A program made the position numbers and the translations under genes. From NCBI RefSeq assembly GCF_009914755.1, contig NC_060934.1: a stretch of DNA of 64,000 nt. One strand, written 5' to 3'. The notes beneath the pieces are model-generated. The model did not search any database, was not told the origin of the DNA, and was given only the letters and a program-made list of their open reading frames with translations. This DNA comes from the human T2T-CHM13v2.0 reference genome, Homo sapiens. How positions within the stretch are numbered: position 1 is the first letter of the stretch; every line of letters starts with the position of its first letter. Below are positions 53,560 through 64,000 of this stretch, piece by piece.

Positions 53560-55270
53560 TATACGTTGCTTCTCTTCCTCTCTCTCTCTCCCTCCATTAT
53601 TTCTCCTGCAATCTCAATCTCTCTCTCTCTCGCTCTCCTGTTATAGCAGAATTACTCAAAATAGTTGAATATACACATCCTGTACTTCCTTTCCCATGGC
53701 CTTCTTTCCATTCTAAATCTGGCTTCTGCATTCACCATCATACCAAATCTGTCACAGCTAAAATCACCAATGACACCCACCTTACCAAACTCAGGACATT
53801 TTCATTTTACATCGGCGTTTTTAATACATTCACCTATTCCCTTATTGAAATAGTACTTTCTCTTAGCGTCCATGAAAACAAACACTTAAAAGTGTTCGCT
53901 CTTCTTTTAGACTTTCTCAGTGTCTTCTGGCTTTCTCCACTACACCTAGTGCTTTTTATGGAGACAGCTCTGTGTTCAAACCTGAACCTCATCCAGGGTC
54001 CAAACATTAAAACAGAAACCACAGTAAATGCTTTGGACAAAAAAAAATTCACACATTGATTTTGTTACACAAGTGCTTAAAGCACAAAGCATATAAATAG
54101 AGGATAGCAAGGCAACCCAGAAATTCACAATAGCAAGAAGCAGCAATGGGTCTTCCGAAATCCTGATAGGCATAACCCACTGCCTACCTTCCATCTTCCT
54201 TGGATAGCATAAGGCACTTAAAGCTAAACAGTCGAAATCAAAGCTCACATCTTTATACCCAGACTTCATCCAGTGGCCCCCACCTTAATAAATGGAAACA
54301 CCTTTCCCTTTGTTGCTTAAAGTCCCAGATGCCATGCTTAGTACATTTCTTGTCCTCACCAGTCTACTGACATCCAATAAACTACTCTTTATATTTTCCT
54401 TGTAAATAATTTCCAAAGCTGACAAATTTTCTTGGTCTTCACAGTCATCATCTGGTTCAAACCACCATCATTTCTCACTGTACCATGAAAAAAGTCAAAA
54501 TTTTCTATTCTTTTACCAAAGAACTACATCTTAAAAGGAAATCTGAAGATGTGCACTCTGTTCCCCAGTCAAAAATTATATGTACATATAGAATGTAAGG
54601 GGAACCAGTTCTTAATAGGACCTAAAACCTTGTTTGATCAGGTCTTGCTGCCCATATGCCTTTCAAGCTCCCATGCACAACGTAACTGAGTTTCCCGTGG
54701 GCCTTTTCTCTCCTGCCCTCTCCTCAGCTTTCATTCCCTGGAATTCTGTTCTTCACTTCTCTATGGCCTCACTCATCCTGTCCTAAGAGAGGAGGATGCA
54801 CTTATCTGATTGGGAAAGTTGGGAGAAGAAACTGGACACGTGTGGCTCAACCGTTCTTTTCCCTCTGACTGCTTGGGACTTACCTTTCTGCAGAAGCCAC
54901 ATATCAGCTCTGATACTTTTGTTACTAAATGTAATTTTAAAAAAATTCTTCATCTTTATGACTCTTCTACCTCTCAGTTGCAATTAATCACAAGCACAGA
55001 AGAGAGAGGGTTTCATTCTGTGTGCTCCCTAAATGTACAACATGCCAGCCTATTATACCACCTACTACAAGCTCTCAAAGCCTTCCATAGTACCCTCTCC
55101 ACCATGGCATTTGTCACAGTGACAATGATATCATTATTTGTCTAACATATGTGAATTGTCTCTTTGCCCTGCAAAAAGCTGCAGTCTGTGAAGGAGACGC
55201 TTCATCTTTTTCGCCATTCTATCTCTACTGCCTAGCATGGAGCCTGGCACAGAATGAGCAGTCAGAAAAT
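53560..55270 (+). mobile_element. Fragmented L2
   Basis: TCACCAATGACACCCACCTTACCAAAC; GGTTCAAACCACCATCATTTCTCAC; CCTAGCATGGAGCCTGGCACAG. Confidence 0.55.
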
Positions 55271-55279
55271 GATTGTCAA

Positions 55280-55570
55280 GGTTGGGTGTAGCGGCTCACA
55301 CCTGTAATCCTAGTGGTTTAGGTGGCTGGGGTGGGAGGACTGCTTAAGGCCAGGAGTTCGAGATCAGCTTGGGCAACATAGCAAGACCCCCGTCTCTACA
55401 AAAAATTAAAAATTTAGCCAGGCATGGTGGTGCATACCTGTAGTCCCAGCTACTGGAGAGGCTGAGGTGGGAGGATCACTGGAGCCCAGTGAGTCAAGGC
55501 TGTGGTTAGCTGTGGTCATGCCACTGCACTCCAGCCTGGGCAATAGAGCAAGACCCTGTCTCTAAATTAA
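55280..55570 (+). mobile_element. AluJ
   Basis: GGCAACATAGCAAGACCCC; GGAGGATCACTGGAGCCC. Confidence 0.88.
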
Positions 55571-56372
55571 TTAATTATTTTTTAATAACATGATCATTGC
55601 TAGAATACATGGAATAATTTGCTTCTTTTTACAGGAAAGGCCAGGGAGACCTCAAGAGAGCAGCCACTTCAGACAGGCATTGCCCCATAAGGAAAAGTTG
55701 GTGCTCTGCAGCAGATAATAAAATTGATATCCTGGCTTTTTTATACAAAAGAATCGAAAGGCACTATTTTATGACAAAATTATAATTAGATTTTATTTGT
55801 AATGTGACAGCAAACAGCCTAAATATATGATGAAGGAAGAAGGCAGCCAAAGAAGTTTAAGCACTCAGTATCTCAGATAGAAAATGAAATCTTTGGACTT
55901 CAGTCTGAGTTTTCTCTCACTGTACATTTCAGTATTTGATTTACCGATATGGTGTTTAGGATGGATGTATTCAATCAATGAGCACATTTAAGTGTGTCTA
56001 ATCTGTAATAAATGCTGTGGGTAGTATCAAGGGCATAAGTCACAGTCCAAATTTCCGAGTCCTCCTGGAGTTCACAGTGTTAGCAAACGTCTAATAGCAG
56101 GCAGTATGCCTTAAATGCTCTGAACTTTGTTGTTGTAAATGTTGATTTCTCTTATAAATTACTCTGGCTTGGATTTCCTAGGTTTTCTTAGAACCTGTTT
56201 CTAAGGCAAGTTTGGTACAGGCCTTTTGCCATCTAAAACACTTGGGGCAGTCACAAGAGAAATCAGCTTATCCACTGAGGACTCTAGCAATTTGATGAGC
56301 ACTTGCCCTGATTCTCAAGAGGGATTCTTCTTAAGAAAATAATGCAATATAATACACTGAGACTGTGCTTAG

Positions 56373-56582
<210 letters not shown>

Positions 56583-56679
56583 TGACCTTGATAAACCTCT
56601 TCAATGTTTGGAGTCTGTTTTTGCAACAGTAAAATGGAGGCAATAAAAGTGACATCAGAGTGTGTTTCTGACTGCTTTT

Positions 56680-57030
56680 AAAAATAAGTTTTTATTTTAG
56701 AATAGCTTTGGATTTGCAGAAAGGTTGCAAAAATAGTAGAGTTCCCATATATACCCACAGAGGGTACCCTGATTATTAACATCTATAGTGCATATTTATA
56801 ATTAATGAACCAATATGTTATATGATATTATATATTATTCCATATACATATACATACACACATATTATTAACTAAAATCCATATTTTATTCAGAATTTCT
56901 TAGTTTTTACCTAAGAGCCTTTTTTTTGGTTCCAGGATTTCATCTAGGTACAACATTACATTCAATTATCATATGTCTCCTTAGCTCTTCCTAGCTGTGA
57001 CACTTTTCAAGATTTTTGTCTGTTTAGAGG
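56680..57030 (-). mobile_element. L1MC-type 3' end
   Basis: TTTAGAATAGCTTTGGATTTGCAGAAAGGTTGCAAAAATAGTAGAGTTCCC. Confidence 0.7.
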
Positions 57031-57079
57031 ATTGTGGCATACACTGTTAGTTGTCTTCTCAATGTCTCTTCTCTCCTTT

Positions 57080-57323
<244 letters not shown>

Positions 57324-57906
57324 TGACCTCCTTCTGGGCAAGGAAATAGAAGTCAAAGATTCTGGATGAGGTTTCTCAGAAAGCTTCTTAAAGAGTCAGA
57401 CTTGGCTGGATGTGCCTTTTTCCCTTACTCCACTAAACTTGTCCAGAGGGTGAAAATAATGATAAGAGATACAGCAAATATCTTTTTAAAATAACTATTG
57501 TATATTCTGTTTATTTCAATTATGAAAATGAATTTTGCAATTAATATATATGTACATATTTATTCATATTACCACATATTTGTAATAGCTTTATTAAGCT
57601 GTGATTCACATACCATACAACTGTCCTTTAAAGTATACAATTCGGTGGTTTTTAGTGCATTCACAAGTTGTGAAACCATCACCATAATCAATTTGGGAAC
57701 ATTTTCATCACCCCCAAATGAACCCTGAACTCATTTGCAGTGACTCTTCATTTCCCCAACTTCTGACCTCAACTCTGGGCAATGACTAATGTATTTTCTG
57801 TCTCTATAGCTTTGCCTATTCTGGACATTTCCTATAAATGGAATTATACAGTATATGACCTTTGTGTCTACCTTCTTTCCCTTACATATTTTTGGGTGTT
57901 TTTTAA

Positions 57907-59215
57907 GAACAAAATAGAGAACTCAGAAATAAGACTACACATCTACAACCACCTGATCTTTGACGAACCTCACAGAAACAAGCAATGGGGAAAGGATTCC
58001 CTATTTAATAAATGGTGCTGGGAAAACTGGCTAGCCATATGCAGAAAACTGAAACTGGACCCCTTCCTTATACCTAATACAAAAACTAACTCAAGATGGA
58101 TTAAAGACTTAAATGTAAAACCCAAAACCATCAAAACCCTAGAAGAAAACCTAGGCAATACCATTCAGCACGTAGGCACTGGCAAAGATTTCATGATGAA
58201 AATGTCAAAAGCAATTATAACAAAACCAAAAATTGACAAATGAGATCTAATCACACTAAAGAGCTTCTGCAGAGTGAACAGACAACCTACAGAAGAGGAG
58301 AAAATTTTTGCAACAGTGGATAAGTTTATCTACAAAGAACTTAAACAAATTTACAAGAAAAAACAAACAACCCCATTAAAAAGTAGGCAAAGGACATGAA
58401 CAGACACTTCTCAAAAGAAGACATTTATGCAGCTAACAAACATATAAAAAAACCTCAACATCACTGATCACTAGAGAAATGCAAATCAAAACCACAATGA
58501 GATACCATCTCACACCAGTCAGAATGGCAATTATTAACAAGTCAAGAAACAACAGATGCTGGCGAGTCTGTGGAGAAATAGGAACACTTTTACACTATTG
58601 GTGGGAATGTAAATTAGTTCAACCATTGTGGAAGACAGTGTGGCAATTCCTCAAAGACCTAGACCCAGAAATACTATTTGACCCAGCAATCCCATTACTG
58701 GGTACATACCCAAAGGAATATATTATATTTATAATATAGTAGAATAATAAATCATTCTATAAAGATACATGCATGTACATGTTCATTGCAGCACTACTCA
58801 CAATAGTAAAGAGTGGAATCAACACAAATTGCCATCAGTAATAGACTGGATAAAGAAAATGTTGTACATATATACCGTGGAACACCATGCAGCAATAAAA
58901 AGGAATGAGTCATGTCCTTTGCAGGGACACAGGTGAAGCTGGAAGCCATTATCCTCAGCAAACTAGCACAGGAACAGAAAACCAAACACCACATGTATTC
59001 ACTTATAAGTGGGAGCTGAACAGTGAGAACACACAGAGAGGGGAACAACACACATGAAGGGAGGGAGAGAATCAGGTAAAATATCGAATGCATGCTGGGC
59101 TTAATTCTCAGGTGATGGATTGATAGGTGCAGCAAACCACCATGGCACATGTTTACCTATGTAACAAACCTGCACGTGCACCCTGGAACTTAAAGTAAAA
59201 TTTAAAAAAAAAGAA
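57907..59215 (+). mobile_element. 5'-truncated L1PA (ORF2 C-terminus plus 3'UTR)
   Basis: [30 protein letters not shown]; [17 protein letters not shown]; A tail. Confidence 0.92.
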
Positions 59216-59224
59216 AGATCTAAT

Positions 59225-59517
59225 TCTTTAAGGGTAGGGTCTTGCTCTGTCACCCAGTCTGGAGTGCAGTGACACTATTATGGCTCACTGTAGCCTTGAG
59301 CTCCTAGGCTTAAGTGATCCTTCAGCCTCAGCCTCCTGAGTAGCCAGGACTACAGGTGTACACCACCATACATGCAGTTAATTTTTAAAACGTTTTTAGT
59401 AGAGGTGAGGTCTCACTATATTGCCAGTGCTAGTCTGTAACTGCTGGCCTCAAGCAATCCTCCTGCCTCAGCCTCCCAAAGTGCTGGGATTACAGGCATG
59501 AGCCCACATGGTTGGCC
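59225..59517 (-). mobile_element. AluJ
   Basis: GGCTCACTGTAGCCTTGAGCTCCTAGGCTTAAG; CTCAAGCAATCCTCCTGCC. Confidence 0.85.
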
Positions 59518-61189
59518 TCCTAAGCACATTTTTAAGATTTATCTATGTTGTAGCATGCATCAACGCATCATTTTCTTTGATGACTGAATAATATTCCATT
59601 TTGTGGATAGTTTATATTTTATTTATTCACTCATCAGTTAGTGGACATTTGATTTATTTTCACTTTTTGGCTATTATAAATGAAGTTGCTATAAACATTT
59701 ATATACAAGTTTTTGCATGGACATATATTTTCTTTCTCTTAGGTAAATACCTAGGAGTGGAAGCAGCAAATAACTTGAGAACATGAGGATGAAGGCCTCA
59801 TGTAAATTATAGCAGAGCAAGAAACACAGGAGATGGGGTCCTCATGATATCTTAGAGGTACTACAACTTGCCTAGACTTTCTACCTAGGGATTTCTTATT
59901 ATGTGAGGAAAAAAATAAGCCCCTTTCTTATCTAAAAGGCTTCTAAAAAGTCTGCTGCTGTATGCTGCTAAAGAGAATTCTTACTGATACCAAGATTAAA
60001 TGGGATGTTGTCAAGCAGAGGGCAAGGGTTCCATGCCTGGTGCAGTCAGTTTCACCCTCACTCCAAGGAAGCTTGTTCTGATTCTTCCAGCTCATACTCA
60101 ATGGTTCCTTCTCCTCAGAACATCTTGAACTAAGGGCCATATATTATTTGCTCTTTTGTATGTTACCCTTGTATTCTTGGTGTGTCTGTAAACTGAGGAC
60201 AAAATATCACTGGTAATGCTATTTTGTTGCGGCTCTGGAGCACCTAGGTGAGGTGCTGGGCCATAGTACCCCACAGGAAATACTTGGGATTGATTCTACT
60301 GTAAGTACAAATCTGGTATTTTCTCAGTGAAGATCCTGTTCTCTGAATGTGACATTCACCAACAACACATGGAGAAGGACTAATGCCCTGCAGTGCCACG
60401 GCAATAAATCTCTGGTGGCAGTTTCAAAATTCTAGCCTCCTTGCTGCTAAAAACCAAGCCTAATTTTTACAAAAGACCATAACAGTTAGTGATACATGCC
60501 TGATTGCTGCTACTGGCTCAACCAACAATTCATTCCCTTGTTTTTGCAAGATTAACAACAGAGATTAATTTGCAATAAAATTAACAACAAAGGCTAATTA
60601 CCAAAGACAAAGACAACAGTTAACAGAGTACATAATATATATTAAGAATAGTGCAATAAAGAAAAATAATGCGATACATTTGAAAGATAAAAAATAAACA
60701 GAGGATTTATGGAGGTGGGGGTATGGTGGAACTGCTCTGTATCTTGATTAGGTGGTGGTTACATAACTGTATGTATTTGCTAAAACTCATAGTTTAACTA
60801 AAAAGTGTGAATTTTACTCTATGTGAACTATACCTCAATAAATCTAACCCTGCACTGTCAAGTCCCAAGAAAAAAAATAAAATAGAAATGCTCAGTCTGT
60901 ACTTACAAGTAACTTACAAATTAGGGGACAAAAATAACAAATTCAAAACTTTGAGAACTCTTTTATTCAAATTTCAAATCAAAATCAAGGAAGATATTAT
61001 AAAAATTAATTTAGTAAGCCATGAAGATCATTTAAAAAAAGAAAATTTTGGAAAGGAAAATGTTGGAATTTAATACATGCCATAAGAATAATTAGTTTGA
61101 TAAAACGTATTCCAATTATATCCGTGTAAGTGGAAACATATGGAATATGTTTGAATGTATGTGTATGGACTCGGTGTGGTATAAATGCA

Positions 61190-61297
61190 GAATGACCAAA
61201 CATCTCAGTTTGCCTAGGACTATCCTGATTTTAGCCCTGAAAGTCCCACTTCCTGGGTAACCTCTAATTCTCAGTGAAACCAGGATAGCTGCTCTAT
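61190..61297. mobile_element. MER81-like hAT MITE
   Basis: TGACCAAACATCTCAGTTTGCCTAGGACTATCCTGATTTTAGCCCTGAAAGTCCC. Confidence 0.65.
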
Positions 61298-62249
61298 TTT
61301 TTTTTTTTTTTTTTTTTACTGAGAATTATGGGTTTTTTTTAGAGTGTAAAAAACACTGATTGAAAAGTTATCACAATCTTTCTGTTTTTGTATTAGGACC
61401 AATAAGAATATAACGTGCCAAAGTTGATTCTGCAGAGATTCTCATTTCTCCAGCATGTGCTTATCAATCGATACCATAAGCATTTATGTGCTTATCCACT
61501 CTACCTGACGGCTTGAGAGTAGGGGCCATGTCATAATTCTTGAATTCCTTTGATTTAGCACATAGTAAATTTTTCATATACACCTGCTCTGTATACAGAG
61601 ATCTGTCAATATAACTAAGGCATGGAAATTTGCTAATTATATTGTGTGTAATGAAGAGGAAAAGACAAGTTATGCATTGGCATGGAGGCAAAATAAGGAT
61701 TTCAGATTTTATCTTTAATGTATTGAGAAAAAAATCTTACAGATTTCAAGTGCCAACTTTATTAGATTCACATCTTCCAGGTTTCTCAATTTTCTTTATT
61801 TCACTGTTTCGACCACATCCTTAGTACCAGAAAGGAGTGACACCCTCATTCCCTAAATAAATAGTGGCTCTTAATAAACAAGAGCCTCTTGTCAGCCCCA
61901 GAGCTTTGTAACTGAGATCACAGCTGTATGGCAGCATCCTCATCTTTGACATGGGGATAATAATAGTAACCCTTTGCACTTGATTCAGCAGTTTAGTTCT
62001 CCTAAAAGGGGTAGTAGTTCTAAAGCCCTTAGTGCCTAGAACATAGTAAGATCTATAAAATGGCTTCTTAAATAAATATACAGTCTATTGTGAAGAATGT
62101 GAGAATTGAGAGATAAATACCTTTTCAAGTTAGACGTAAGTGCAGCAATGTGAATAAGAAATTGCTAGATCCAATATATGAATTAAGAATTACGCCAACG
62201 GATTACTGATGTACTTGTGTATTTTTGGGTGGTGATGGGTTCTATACAT

Positions 62250-63185
62250 CCATTAGTTTTCTATTGGTGCATAACAAATTTGGCAGCTTAACAAGACAAA
62301 TTTATTGTCTCACATTTTCCATGGGTCAGCAGGCTAAGTATAGCACAGCTGGGTTCTCTGCCTGGATCTCAGAAGGCTCAAATGGAGAGGTCACCTGGAG
62401 CTATGATCTTACGTTAAGCATAAGTTCCTTGTCATGCTCATGTTCACTGGTTGGCAGAATTTAGCTGCTTTTTTTTTTTTTTTTTTTTTTTTTTTTTGAT
62501 ATGGAGTCTCACTCTGTCACCCAGGCTGGAGTAGAGTGGTGCAATCTTGGCTCACTGCAACCTCCGCCTACCAGGTTCAAGTGATTCTCCTGCTTCAGCC
62601 TCCCGAGTAGCTGGGATTACAGGCACCCGCCATCATGCCAGGCTAATTTTTGTATTTTTAGTAGACACGGGCTTTCACCATGTTGGCAAGGCTGGTCTTG
62701 AACTCCTGACCTCAGGTGATCTGCTCACCTTGGCCTCCCAAAGTGCTGGGATTACAGGCATGAGCCACTGCACCCAGCCTTTAGCTTCTTATAATTGTAG
62801 GAATGGAGGCCCTCAGCAACTCGAGGCCACCCACTGTTTCCTGCCACATGATTCGCTCTACAATATGGTAGCTTACTTTTTCAAATTGGGCAGGAGAATG
62901 CTCCAAATGTCTCCCTTTAGGAGGGACTCAGTACCTTTTAAGGATTCACCTGATTCAGGCAGCCCCACCCAGGATAATTACCTCTGATTAATGAAAACTC
63001 AACTAATTTGGGACCTTAATGACATTTGCAAATCCCTTTACCTTTCTCCTACAATATAACTTAATCACAAGAGTGACAGCCATATTCATATTCACTGTCC
63101 TAGCCACCTTCAAACCACAAGGATCATACAAGGCAATATACCAGGGGACAAGTATCTTTGGGGTCATCTTAGAATCCTACGTATT
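62250..63185 (-). mobile_element. MLT1-type LTR interrupted by an Alu
   Basis: CATTAGTTTTCTATTGGTGCATAACAAATT...GGGGTCATCTTAGAATCCTAC. Confidence 0.7.
62471..62779 (-). mobile_element. AluS
   Basis: Long T tail; TSD TTTAGCT(G/T)CTT at 62460-62470 and 62780-62790. Confidence 0.92.
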
Positions 63186-63486
63186 TCAGTATGCTTTTCA
63201 GCCATTGCAAAATACAGCTACTTTATACAACTGGGTTGCATAAAGATCTCTCTAAATGCAGTAGGAAGGATTTACTAGGGGTTGGGGAGTAAAATGTGGT
63301 GAGAGAAAATAAATAATGAAACAGGAATAACAGTTGGAAAGATAATGCCATAGTGAGAGCTGATGCTGGCAGTGGAGGTGAAGAAAATTTCACAGTTTAT
63401 AGATATATATTGGAGAAAAACTAGGCAGGCTTTAATGATGGGTAGGAAGTATGTAGCAAGTTAAGAGAGGAAGAGTAAAGGATGCT

Positions 63487-63988
63487 GTATTGTTATCTAT
63501 TACTGCATAACAAATTACCCCCTAACATAGCAGTTTAAAACAACGAACATTTATCGTATCACAATTTCTATGGGTTAGAATTTTGGGTGCAGTCAGCTGG
63601 GTTACAATCAAGACATCAGCTGAAGCTTCAGCCATCTGAAGGCTTGACTAGGGCTGGAAGATCTGTTTCCAAAATGGCGCACTCATATGGCTGCTGGCTG
63701 AGGCCTCCTGTTTCTCCATGCATGGGCCTCTCCACAGGGCTGCTTGAGTGTCCTTATAAAATGGCAGCTGTTTTTTTCCAGAATCAGTGATCCAAGAGAC
63801 AGAGCAAGTTAGATCTTGCAGTAACCTTTTATAAACTAGCCTCAGAAGTCACATACACTGACTTTTACCATGTCCTCCTCATGAGAAATGAGTCATTAAT
63901 TCAGCTATACTCAAGGGGATGAGAATTATGTTCACCTTTTGAAGACAAGAGCCCCAAAGAATTGTGCATACATGGTAAAACTATGACA
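63487..63988 (-). mobile_element. MLT1F/G-type LTR
   Basis: TGTATTGTTATCTATTACTGCATAACAAATTACCCC...GCCTCAGAAGTCACATAC. Confidence 0.75.
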
Positions 63989-64000
63989 GGTGACTTTTTG

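Larger units (their letters stand above)
57580..59760 (-). mobile_element. L1MB/ME-type 3' region hosting an AluJ and an L1PA
   Basis: TTTAAAGTATACAATTCGGTGGTTTTTAGTGCATTCAC; resumes after 59520 with TCTATGTTGTAGCATG. Confidence 0.75.

Noticed and set aside
57782-58739. ORFs with real protein similarity (also 5747-7597 and 11637-11876)
   Set aside because: Broken L1 ORF2 fragments, not host genes
62547-62987. 146-aa ORF and similar ones at 13147, 29219, 42330, 42645, 43499 and 45718
   Set aside because: Antisense Alu translations

Overview
AT-rich primate genomic DNA, almost certainly human or great ape (AluJ/S/Y, L1PA/PB, THE1, MER51/MER52). I could not identify the locus. There is no complete protein-coding gene, no RNA gene, no CpG island and no prokaryotic system. 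Roughly half the window is interspersed repeat, often nested and with intact target-site duplications (TSDs), and most listed ORFs are by-products of these repeats. Notable items: (i) a TSD-bounded MER52 solo LTR with intact CCAAT/TATA, pointing at a strong splice donor and at two strong, in-frame minus-strand micro-exon candidates, suggesting an LTR-driven spliced transcript; (ii) a 118-codon exon-like ORF in apparently unique sequence (22419-22777); (iii) an orphan ERV-L gag fossil and CR1/L3 fossils; (iv) several mutational footprints (template-switch palindromes, two Alus at one target site, a tailless L1 segment inside another L1, local duplications). Repeat subfamily names come from recalled consensus sequences and old-element boundaries are approximate. 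I cannot support a new biological system; the transcript models are hypotheses.
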